From Chrysomallon squamiferum (Eukaryota > Animalia > Mollusca): DNA of 64,000 nt. Made by a program: the position numbers and the translations under genes. This document shows positions 42,699 to 55,196 of this stretch, one piece after another. Numbering within the stretch: the stretch's first letter is position 1; each line of letters begins with the position of its first letter. The stretch covers positions 32,054,001-32,118,000 of the forward strand of contig CM022672.1 of NCBI GenBank assembly GCA_012295275.1. Direction: 5' to 3'. The notes beneath the pieces were generated by a model. It did not search any database, had not been told where the DNA came from, and saw only the letters and a list, made by a program, of their open reading frames with translations.

Positions 42699-43927
42699 AA
42701 CTCACAGCGACACAGGTATGAACATAGTGAGTAACGAAACATACATACCGACACGAACGTTGATAACAATACAGTTTTTGTTAGTAATCTAATTATTTTC
42801 TAATTAATTAATCTCCCATAATTATCTCTCGTTTTGAAGTCTTACTATACATTCTTTTACACAGATATCTTTATACGGATGACGTCGTCCTAACAGGCCA
42901 CAACGTCACCGGTCTGCTGTATCTATCGAGGAAGTACATCGTCACGACACTGGAAGAACAGTGCGTGCGCTATTTGAAGTCGTCGTTGTCGTCACGGAAT
43001 GCGTGCGTCGTGCTGGAACAAGCTCACCTGTTTGATGAACATGATCTAAGAAAAAAAACTCTGGACTTCATTTTGGAAAATGGCGACGAAGTTTTGAAGT
43101 CAGATGAAGTCACCGATCTTTGTCACGAATGTCTGGTTGAGATCGTACGATCAGACGAACTGACAGCAGACGAGAAAAATGTTTTTGAAGCCGCTGTGAA
43201 GTGGGCTGACAGTGCGTGTAAGAAGCAAGGAAGACAGACGAATGGACAGAACATGCGCGAGGCACTGGGAGAGGCCGTGAAGCACGTGCGTTATCCATTA
43301 CTCGATCAGACGTATTTTGTAGAACACGTGACACCCACTAACATACTCAGTGACACAGAAGGATTCAAGATTTTGAAAAACTTGGTGAACAGTGATGAAG
43401 ATGTTTCACCTTTTAACTCAAACATGAGAACTGCAGTGATTCGTAAAACACAGATTACAATAAACAGGTTTGGTAGAACATTGTCTGGTTACTTGTTCTG
43501 TTCTGGTGAAGTATTTGATCACGCCATTACTTTCTCTGTCAACAAAAACGCTTTACTTCGCGGATTTCAGTTGTACGGTCACAGTAAACCACGAAACTAC
43601 GACGTCAGCGCCTTCGTCACTGACACAAGAAGAGACGAGATACTGGACGGGTCTACGCGGACACAGAGATATGAGCACGTCGTGTCTAACGTGTATGACG
43701 TCGTGTTCAGACGTCCAGTGAAGATTACTAAAGACACTGAGTACAGCTTGTTTGTAAATGTTAATGGAGGAAGCTCATTGTATGGATTTGAAGGTAAATC
43801 AAAAATTGTTGTAGACTCTTTTGTTTGTAGATTTTCTGAGTCACACAAATCTAAACACAGTCACAGAAAACTTGGTGTTACACGTGTGAATGAAGGACAA
43901 ATACCTGCTTTGTTATTTTTAGTATAA
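42376..43927 (+). CDS. BTB/POZ-BACK-PHR protein (BTBD1/2/3/6-like putative Cullin-3 adaptor), 439 aa; join(42376..42632,42865..43927)
   Basis: BTB SDVRFVVG..VDAHRFILMIRSEVF; phase-2 GT-AG intron restores FLK|YLYTD; BACK (LTADEKNVFEAAVKWA, VRYPLL); C-terminal PHR ending GQIPALLF. Intact frame of 1320 nt. Confidence 0.95.
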
Positions 43928-44138
43928 AAAACAACATCGTTCAAACACTGTCACTTTTAGTCATCACTGGCCTAATATTTTTATTTTTATTTATTTGTTC
44001 ATTTATTGATTTATTGATTTGTTTACGTTTTTCTGATGACGTCATAGACACTTGATTTGATTCGAAATTTTCTACTGGATTGTTTTGTGTCAAACAGATA
44101 CGTATGAAATGTATATTAACATCCCATTGCTTTATCAT

Positions 44139-44197
<59 letters not shown>

Positions 44198-44698
44198 TTG
44201 TTTAAGTATATCTAATGTTTTTAGTTTGTATATAAAACTTAATATTATTAACTATTTCTTGCTTCATTTGTACATTTTTTATTTCGGTTTAGAATGTATA
44301 TAAAATAAAATGTAGATAAATTATATATGTACTTACTGACTGTTGGACATGAAATACAATAACTGTTATTTGATTTTTTTATGACTTTTCTTTTATTCAG
44401 ATTTATATTAAATATGTAAGTAAATTAGATTATGTTTCAAATTTACTGTTTGTTTATTATAAGATGCATATAAAGAAAATGCAAATAAATTTGTTTTTGT
44501 ATCATTAATTCTTACATCGTTTATTTTTGGATTTAATTTGTGTTTAGAATATAAACAGAAAAATTATAGAGACATAAAAATCAAGTTTTATTATTTAGTT
44601 TCTGTAATATTTTTCTTTTCTGCATACAGCGTGTAATACATAAAGATGTTGTGAGACAGGATTCCAGAGGAGATCCTATAACTGTACTTGATGTGTGT

Positions 44699-44903
<205 letters not shown>

Positions 44904-45387
44904 AATAAAGATAAAATATACTGTATAAAAGAGTTATGAAAATAGGGAGAAATTTCCAAGCTAACTCTAATATATTATTAACAAGACTTTGTTAATTCCA
45001 GAATAAAGTACATTTCATAAAGGTCATTTCATAAACAATGACAACAATTAGCACGTAATTAGACTACCGCGTTGACAAAATGAAATGATCGCACTTTGTG
45101 AAATCTTAATAAACAATGATGCCAAGCTTCTTGTAATCACTATACGTGGTATCGTAACAACAGTCATATGGTCAGAAAAGTCATACAATTTGGAAAGCAG
45201 TCAAGCAGTATGTAAGCTGGGCACCCCAGTGTGGAGAATGATCAACTAGTCTTGGCTGTGTCTCACTGCTAACTGTTGTAATCACAACTCCGCTGGGAAG
45301 CTGATTTAGTGTGCATCAAAATTTCACCTGTGTTGTTATAAACTGTATGACAAATAAGCCTGTTACTAATGGGAGGTAACCCTATAC

Positions 45388-45679
45388 CACTGGTTTTCAA
45401 CCTTTTTCATACGCGACGACCTATGAGCAACGCAATATGAACGAAAATCCCTTTTAAAATTTTTGATTCAATATTATGTAGGGTTACCATATTTTCATCA
45501 AGCAAAGACAGTACAAAAGGAATCTATATTCACTATGACGGGTCCCAAACCTATCTACTCGTTTTTATTTATTTCTCCTTCCAAGTCAAGCTGTACAAAG
45601 CTAACACATACCCTACCTGAAGAACGATCTCGCAATCCCCAGAAAAAAAGTCTGGCGACCCCCAGGTTGAAAACCTATG
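45388..45679. mobile_element. hAT/Charlie-like MITE
   Basis: TIRs CACTGGTTTTCAACCT / AGGTTGAAAACCTATG; 8-bp flanks CCCTATAC and CCCTTCAC (6/8), a TSD candidate. Confidence 0.7.
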
Positions 45680-46398
45680 CCCTTCACGCAGCTAAATGAA
45701 GAAGATCATTATCAGTGTGATACCTAAGTGAATTCAATCATTTAGATTAAGAGTCAACAGCAGATGTCTAAATAAATACGTATGACGCATATTTTGCTTT
45801 GTTTTATTGAATTCATCGCAAAGCGATCTAAAAAACTGAAGTCCGCTGACTGATCGTGCAATGTGTTCAGGAGACCGTTGGACAAAATGGAGGCAACATG
45901 TATCGATATTCAACTTTCAAGTGATCTGTTTCAAATAATAAATAAATAAATAAAAAGAATTCGACTAAACTTTGCCGCGGGTTTATACTAAGACCCTAGC
46001 AGTGCAATTTGAAATATGAAGACAGGAAATATTTGACATTATAAAACTTAGTGACCATTACCAACAGTTGTACGAAAGTAATATGTCGGCAAAGAGTAAC
46101 GACCGACAAATTCAAAAATCTGAATAGACTGGTGATACACACAATGACCAAGTGACCGAAATTTCTTACACTGATGTTCTGAAAATTATAAAACAAATTA
46201 AATATTTCGTTGCTTCTACCGACAGCAGATTTTGCAATCGATGTTAAACATGGAGGCCATGACAGAGAAGTTTGTTTTGGAGATAAACAAGAAAAAATAA
46301 ACAAATAAATAAATAAAGTAGAAGAAAGAAACGCAGTTGTCTATGACAGACTGTTTCACAGATGACACAAATGAATCAGGGTCCACTGTACACACACA

Positions 46399-46429
<31 letters not shown>

Positions 46430-46436
46430 CCACCCA

Positions 46437-46478
<42 letters not shown>

Positions 46479-47066
46479 ATATCAATACGCATTGTCTGTC
46501 TAGCACATAAATACATGTATTTATACTTTCTTAAACATATATATACACTCACACACATATCTAAATGTCTTCGATAAACACACACATTCATACATGCACA
46601 TACACACACACACATACACACATTATATATCAATATCTGTCTACCTATCTCTGTATCTATGTATGCATGTTTGTATGTACATATATATGTGTATCTGTGT
46701 GTGTGTGTGTGTATGTGGATGTGTTTGTCTGCGTATGTGTGTGTGTACGGAGAGAGAGAGAAGAGAGATATAGATACACACTCATCTAATCACTCATAAC
46801 TCTTTCTAAAGCATACATACATACGTAGTTCATACGTACATACATAAAAGCATACATACAAACACACCCAGAAGTAAGTTGATTCACTTGTAATTGTCAA
46901 TGTTTCTAGTATTGAAACTAAGTATGTTGATAAACTTGTAGTGAGAGTGTTTCTAGTAGTAGCACATTAAGTATTTTGATAAACTGATAGTTACATACAT
47001 GTTGGTGAACCTTAAGATCATAATGTTATTGAATTAATAGTATTTTGAAATGTATTATTTTTATAA

Positions 47067-47122
<56 letters not shown>

Positions 47123-47800
47123 TGCTGTCCTTTTTATTAAAATGAATTTACTTTTAATCTATTTTACACTTTACAGAATTATAATGCAGTGACTGAGGGT
47201 AATGTGTAAGTAAACCTATCACTTTTGTTAATATATTATCAGATTTAAATTAAAATAACCTTCTTGGACAGGCATGTTTTTTTTTACAGAAACGCTTCTG
47301 ATCAAGAAATAAATTATAAGAAGAGGAAAGGCGCACGCACTTGCGTGTCACTGTGTACTTGTGTGTATTTGTATGTTTCAGTTTGTGTTTGTGTGTCGGT
47401 GTGTGTTTTTGTGTGACGGTGTTTCATTGAGCTAACAGTGTAACAAAAGTTCATGCAAAACATTTAACTATAGTCAGGAGGAGAACTGTACAAATATGTG
47501 TACAATTTTATACTGTGATGATGAATTAAAGAATGTAAGGAACAAAGACACTGTGTGGATTTTATGAGAGACAATCCTAACTTATTACAAATGATGATAA
47601 TACTAAAACTTATCATCAAGCAATGAATAAGAGGAGAAATATTCAAAAAAACACAAAAATCCTACAACTTGCAGACTATCACATAAAAAAATTAGTATAA
47701 CAAATACAAACAAAAAACCCAGGAATTGAAAGAGAAACAGTATTTATTGAAGTAATAAAAAACACGAATCAATTAAATATCAAAATAATAATATTCATGT

Positions 47801-49834
47801 CTACTGAAGCATAGGTCTGGAAGATGTCACCTTTTTCACAAAATAGAAAACCTCTTGCAAGTTACAGAGAGAGCTCAGAGGCACCTTTCCTTCTAGAGGT
47901 CTCATGTTCAACCTGAAAAAAAAAAAAAAAAAATATTAATATTATTTCCAAATGAGATGTTTGAAAATAAGTAAATTTCACTTCACATAGAACTATGAGG
48001 ACAAGCTTGACAAAAATGAAATGTTTGTCACATTGCTATGTCTTATGCCACACATGAAATGAACAAAGAAAATGTTACTCAAAGCACATTGAGTTATATC
48101 AGCTACACGTATGTACATGACAGCACAATCACATCAGTTTATTACTTACTAAGTATTAGTCAAACAATTTCAAATGTTTAAATTACAGGAATGAATACAT
48201 ACAAGTCAGCAGTCTTCCACTGGTAGATTTGTAGGAGTCTGGTTGTCTAGTGATGGGGATGGTGAGTCTGGTCATTATCTGCTGGAGGTGAGGAGCCTTA
48301 TCATCCACTGGTAGGGGTGCCTGATCATCTGGAATTCAGATTGCATAATAAATTTAGTTTTCTGTGATGTCCGCATGTTTTATTTTTGCTGTTAATTTCT
48401 CAACTGCTTTGGGTTGTTATAAACACCTGGTACTTGTTATTTAAAGAGAAAAGGAAAAACCCAACATGAAAACCAAATGGTTCAGTCAGGCTGAGCCTTA
48501 ATAAAATATCCAAGATGTTTTATGGTGTGAGCCCTGTGACAGGATTGTCAAAGTTGGGGCTCTCATCCACGATTTTAAAAATAATTAATGTGGGTGTTCG
48601 TTTTCTCAAATTCTTACGGAATTATTTATTTGGATATATCGAGTATTTCCCCAATTTAATGACAGCTAATTCATGTTTATATCTACTAGAGAAAACATAT
48701 CAAAACAAAATAACAAGAATAAAAAACATTATAAAATTATAAAATCAGAACAGAAATTATTACGGATCAAAATATAGTGCACAGTGTTGGTGTAACTTCT
48801 ATAAAAAGAGCCAAGAAGGCTGAGCTAACATTATTGGCAAATATTCATAATATTTCAAGAAACACATCAAGAGAGAGCAAATCAGAGAAGTATTAACAGA
48901 GGCTTTATTTGGAGATTCTTTAGGCAATGAGAGTGGGGGAAGTAATGATATAGGTGTAATTCAGAGTATGGCAGAATCACTACTATTAAAGGATATAAAC
49001 CTTCAAACTAAAATTAAAGCTTAAGAAAGTAGAACATGAAAATGATAGAGAGAAAAGAGAATATGAAAGAAATGAAAGAGAGAGAGAAGACAGGGTATGA
49101 AAGACAAGAAAAGGAGAGATAAAGAGAGGCACAATGAAAGAGAATTTCAGATAATTCAATTGAAAATGGAACTTGAACTTAAAATGAGAGGACAGTTTAG
49201 AGAGAATTCAAGTGAGAATGGATCGAATGGTTTTAGAATCAATAATTGTTTCGGTTACTGATTTGGATGAAAATGATGTTGAAATTTTCTTTTTCAAAAG
49301 AGTGTGGTTGATATCTAAATGGTCAAAACAGTTTGGGCATTTATTATTTCAGAGTAAATTGACAGGAAAGGCTGTTCTAGTATATAATTCACTGGATAAT
49401 GTTCAGGTTAGAAATTATGAAGTGTTAAAATCAGCTGTGTGATGCATATTGTCAGTCTTTTTGGAGGCTGAGAAAGTTAGTTTCAGAAACGCACTGTGAG
49501 TTTCTGTTCAGAAAACAGAATGCTTATAATAAATGCACTACATCAAACAATACTGGGGATGATTATTCCAGATTTTGTGAATTTATTATTTTGGAAGAAA
49601 TAATTTAAAAAAAATAAAAAAAAATTGTTACATTTGGGAGATCAGGGTTTAGAACATGTACGCTGCTGATACCTACTTTCTCATCCACCAGTCACCAAGT
49701 TGTTTTTAATTTTTCTATAGTCCAACTTGCATTTCTGTTTTTCTTTTTCTCTTTTGAATGTTTCATTGGTCCACCTTCATGATTAACACTCTGCAACACA
49801 ACAAGAAGCACATTTGTACAGAAGAAGGAGTTAA

Positions 49835-49910
<76 letters not shown>

Positions 49911-50181
49911 TAAAATAAAAAAAATAAAATAAAAAAAAATAATATCCCTAACAATGAATCACATTTATTTCAGTCAGTTTTAATGGAGCTGAAACTTTTC
50001 ATTATCTGTACTCAAAGCTGCTGTGTGCAAATATAATGTTACAATGGACAACACAGTTTTGTTTCAGTATTTTTAAAGTCAAATAATGAAGATTTCAATC
50101 TGTATTTATTATACGCACATAAAAAAATAACACTTACCTTGCATAAGTTTAGTATTTATTCCCAAATCTAATTCCATCAAA
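47801..50181 (-). pseudogene. Duplicate of the terminal exons of gene B (approx. 50181-50138, 48328-48203, 47912-47801)
   Basis: Same exons as copy 1, but the middle exon is 126 nt and ends in phase 1, so splicing gives TGT TGA at the start of the last exon. Confidence 0.55.
48535..49700 (+). mobile_element. Gypsy PBS + gag relic (duplicate of 5250-6420)
   Basis: ORF 49212-49442 DLDENDVEIFF...QSKLTGKAVLVYNSL; same PBS-like motif. Confidence 0.8.
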
Positions 50182-50426
50182 CTGAAAAGAAATTATCATT
50201 TCACATGAAATGTTTTTTACTAGGAAATGAGAAACTGTAAGAATCACAAAATACAATTGTTAAAGTGCTACAGACAGTAAAATGCTACTGACAAAGATGA
50301 ATGTAAATGTTTTTCATAAGATATCTGTGTCAGTCTAAACTTATGTACACAGTGAGATGATGAGAAACAAATGGATAGATGAAAAAAGAATAAAATGAGA
50401 TAGAAAAACAGAAACACACACATATG

Positions 50427-50457
<31 letters not shown>

Positions 50458-51063
50458 TGAGAATGAACTAATAAAATGTGATGTTGCTCTGACAAAAAAT
50501 GTTTTCTTTTGAATTACTAGAAACATAATAAATCTTTTAACATTACTCCATGGTATTAGTGGCTTAAGTTTTGTTATTTGACTGAAATAATAAATGTTAT
50601 TAAAGCTTGTTGTAAACTATTGTTAGGATTAATTTTTGCAACAGAAAACCTAAAACAATGACTAAATAAATGATCATTACAAGCATTAACTTTTAAATTA
50701 AAATAATAAATAAAAGTGCCACTTAAGCCTGTACTTTTCACAAAGTGTATATGAATCATAACATAATCACATATTTGTCTAATTATATTTTTTCTAACAT
50801 TAGATGGAAATAATCTTTAGAATAAAAACAAAAATTACACAATAATAACAAGATTAATACACTTCTAAACTATAAATTATTACTGTTATAATTTATTATT
50901 AATTTTCATTTGCATGCAGAAATAAAAAAATAAAAATAAATAAAAAGTAAATAAAGGTAAACAAAACACAACATAAACTTTATCTTGTAAGAATGTAAAA
51001 TATATATAAAAACTGGGTTCACTTTTAACTATAAATGAATTCTTTAGCTGAACTTTATCAGTT

Positions 51064-51263
51064 NNNNNNNNNNNNNNNNNNNNNNNNNNNNNNNNNNNNN
51101 NNNNNNNNNNNNNNNNNNNNNNNNNNNNNNNNNNNNNNNNNNNNNNNNNNNNNNNNNNNNNNNNNNNNNNNNNNNNNNNNNNNNNNNNNNNNNNNNNNNN
51201 NNNNNNNNNNNNNNNNNNNNNNNNNNNNNNNNNNNNNNNNNNNNNNNNNNNNNNNNNNNNNNN
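51064..51263. other. Assembly gap (200 N)
   Basis: Run of N; the round length suggests a scaffolding placeholder. Confidence 1.
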
Positions 51264-51664
51264 TTTAGGATAAAGGAAGCTCAGTCCATACTACTACTAC
51301 TACTATAACTACTGATACTACTAGTGCTACTGCCACTATAACTATCACTAGTACTGCTTATATTACTACTACGATTATCATTACTGATTATATTACTATT
51401 ACTACTACGATTACCATTATTTGATGATATTGCTACAACTACTATTGCTATTACTACTACCATTACCACAACTACTATATTTGTGTATTTAAGAACAAAT
51501 AAAATGTAAACATCATTTACATTTAACAGATAAATTATTTAAGGATTGTCTGCAATTTATTTAGTTCTTTTAAGAAATATGTTTCATTTGCTGAAGCTAA
51601 ACTGATGGATGAAAAATTATCAGTCTGGGCGGCGGAAGTAAAGATCAACGTCATCCCTTAAATA

Positions 51665-53170
51665 GTGTATTCACTCTAGTATAAGAGTACGTGCGTGTAA
51701 ATGTGTGTATTCACTCTAGTATAAGAGTACGTGCGTGTAAATGTGTGTATTCACTCTAGTATAAGAGTACGTGCGTGTAAATGTGTGTATTCACTCTAGT
51801 ATAAGAGTACGTGCGTGTAAATGTGTGTATTCACTCTAGTATAAGAGTACGTGCGTGTAAATGTGTGTATTCACTCTAGTATAAGAGTACGTGCGTGTAA
51901 ATGTGTGTATTCACTGTAGTGTAAGAGTACGTGCGTGTAAATGTGTGTATTCACTCTAGTGTAAGAGTACGTGCGTGTAAATGTGTGTATTCACTCTAGT
52001 GTAAGAGTACGTGCGTGTAAATGTGTGTATTCACTCTAGTAGTACGTGCGTGTAAATGTGTGTATTTACTCTAGTGTAAGAGTACGTGCGTGTAAATGTG
52101 TGTATTCACTCTAGTATAAGAGTACGTGCGTGTAAATGTGTGTATTCACTCTAGTATAAGAGTACGTGCGTGTAAATGTGTGTATTCACTCTAGTGTAAG
52201 AGTACGTGCGTGTAAATGTGTGTATTCACTCTAGTATAAGAGTACGTGCGTGTAAATGTGTGTATTCACTCTAGTGTAAGAGTACGTGCGTGTGTGTGTG
52301 TATTCAAATGAGTACGTGCGTGTAAATGTGTATTCACTCTAGTATAAAGTACGTGCGTGTAAACGTGCTAGTATAAGTACGTGCGTGTAAATGTGTAAAA
52401 CGTGCGTGTAAATGTGTGTATTCACTCTAGTGTAAGAGTACGTGCGTGTAAATGTGTGTATTCACTCTAGTATAAGAGTACGTGCGTGTAAATGTGTGTA
52501 TTCACTCTAGTGTAAGAGTACGTGCGTGTAAATGTGTGTATTCTACTCTAGTGTAAGAGTACGTGCGTGTAAATGTGTGTATTCACTCTAGTATAAGAGT
52601 ACGTGCGTGTAAATGTGTAACGTGCGTGTGTATTCACTCTAGTGTAAGAGTACGTGCGTGTAAATGTGTGTATTCACTCTAGTGTAAGAGTACGTGCGTG
52701 TAAATGTGTGTATTCACTCTAGTGTAAGAGTACGTGCGTGTAAATGTGTGTATTCACTCTAGTGTAAGAGTACGAGTGTAAGAGTACGTGCGTGTAAATG
52801 TGTGTATTCACTCTAGTGTAAGAGTACGTGCGTGTAAATGTGTGTATTCACTCTAGTGTAAGAGTACGTGCGTGTAAATGTGTGTATTCACTCTAGTGTA
52901 AGAGTACGTGCGTGTAAATGTGTGTATTCACTCTAGTGTAAGAGTACGTGCGTGTAAATGTGTGTATTCACTCTAGTGTAAGAGTACGTGCGTGTAAATG
53001 TGTGTATTCACTCTAGTGTAAGAGTACGTGCGTGTAAATGTGTGTATTCACTCTAGTGTAAGAGTACGTGCGTGTAAATGTGTGTATTCACTCTAGTATA
53101 AGAGTACGTGCGTGTAAATGTGTGTATTCACTCTAGTGTAAGAGTACGTGCGTGTAAATGTGTGTATTTA
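51665..53170. repeat. 40-bp minisatellite, ~37 copies, with a degenerate middle
   Basis: Unit TCACTCTAGTRTAAGAGTACGTGCGTGTAAATGTGTGTAT. Confidence 0.98.
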
Positions 53171-53585
53171 CTGTACGTGTCTGTGAGTATGTACGGCTAT
53201 CAAAGAACGTGTCCCTGCGGCCCACCTACCAGCACACACACTTAAATATACACGTACTCCTAAACTACAAAACTAGATAATTCAAACGTTACTAACGCGC
53301 AGGTCACTTTTCGAATTCTCCACAGTCCTGGACCAGTCACAGAGCAGTGATCTTTACAAAACGTGTCCACGTTCTCTTCATAGTACGGACACGGCTCACA
53401 CGTAGTTTGAGGTTTTTGGATTTAGACAGAATTTCACCTATAATGGGGTTTTCCTTCGACAGTGCAATCTTTCTAAATGTGTCTGTATCGAAAAATGCGG
53501 TTAAAATGGACTCGATGTCCCTATAAGTAAAATAAATAATTGTGTATCAGTTTTCAGTTTTAATAATAATAATAATAATAATAAT

Positions 53586-53623
<38 letters not shown>

Positions 53624-54422
53624 AGACAACAATAACAATGACAATAATAATAAGAGCAATAACAAAAACAGCAACAATAATAATAATAACGTAAAATTCA
53701 AGCACATACAAATAAATAATTAATAAAAAATGAAAGAAAAATAGTTTTTACTTACGTGGAGTTAGCAGCACAGCCAGAGAAGAACATCAAACAAAAAAGG
53801 AGAGATAATTTCTGAAAATAAAACTAATAAAATAAATACATTTAACCTGTGCGTTAAAGTGTGTACGTGAATCGACGCTAATATTTAATGCATTCATTTT
53901 ATCTATTCTGTTATTTTGATTTAATATTTTATTTTATTTCTATTTTATTTATAATTTTTGTTTTCAGCTCTGTATGGTTTGAATAAAACAAATTTCTTAC
54001 CATTTTTTTCTTTCTTCTTCTATGTTCTTTTCTAGAGAGAAAAATTGTCTGTTAAAATGTTTTACTGGAAGTTCACTAAATTTGGTTGTATTTGCTGAAA
54101 CACTTTATGTAACAGATGTAACTGATCAGTTTCATTTGTTTTTATCAGTAATTAAAACGACATTGAAAAAAAAAAAAAAAAAAAATAGCGTCAGCAGTTT
54201 AAAAATTGAGAGAATTAAATTTGTCGTCTGCTGTGAACATCAAAGGAGATTTTTTTTTCTAACTCGTTTTAATCGATTCTCATTCCAGGGCGGGTCCAGG
54301 AACATGGGAAAGAGGGGACACCATCATTACGGTGATAATGTCTTCCATTTTAAATTTATGGAAAGAAAAGAAAAAAAGAAAGAATGAATTACATTAAGAA
54401 ATGTATACATCAGTAAATGAAA

Positions 54423-54457
<35 letters not shown>

Positions 54458-55196
54458 CAGGGTTCGTAGACCTTTGGCTGTCAAAATTTCCATAACGTTT
54501 CCAAAACCTTCCATAGCCCACAAATCCAAATTTTCAAAACCATTTCCAAGCGAACTCAATCACAACAAAGTGTTTTTAGCAGTTTTTAAATATGTTTGTC
54601 AGAGTTAAAACGTTTTCCTCGACTAGGCTGCAGAGTATTCAGGTAGGATTACTAGTAATGACAAATTTAATGTAATTTATTTTGGCGTTTTAAAATGCAG
54701 TTTTATTCTTGGTGTTAGACATCACTATGATGATATGTAAGGCAGATTGAGAGAAATATGAATACAGAAGTATTGCTTTAGAAACAGTTGTCGCGTTGGT
54801 TTCTTTTTATTGAATTAATAACCCATATCTTTAAACTGCCCCAAATCCTACTCCTTATGGGTTTGTTGTCTGAATTATCAGTTGGAATTCTCTCTCAGTT
54901 TTATTATTTTCCAACTTTCGACCTCAGTTTCAAGTTTTTCTTTTTGCTTTCACAGTCTTTCTGAAACTATTAGATTAGTCAAATCAGTGAGATTTCCCTT
55001 TTTCCTCAGCAGATGAAGACAGTGATTCAATATGTTGTTCTAATCATGTTCACTTTGTCTCTAATTCAGTGCACTGAGTACATTGAGACGTTTACCATTC
55101 TACGCATTGCTCTAATCCCTAACCCTAAAATGAAAAATAATCTAACCCTAAGGGGCCGTTCAAATATTACAAAACACTATATTTGTCTAAATTAAA

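Noticed and set aside
42376-42792. Unspliced 138-aa ORF with a THTH tail
   Set aside because: Read-through into the intron; splicing at 42633 restores the conserved FLKYLYTD.
43110-43848. Antisense and alternate-frame ORFs over the BTB exon (also 4-255 and 131-382)
   Set aside because: Shadows of a GC-richer coding exon with no recognisable domain.
51035-51268. ORF with an X run
   Set aside because: Artefact of the N gap.
54285-54550. Possible hAT-like termini (CAGGGCGGGTCCAGG; CAGGGTTCGTAG)
   Set aside because: Only single ends seen; no partner TIR or TSD.
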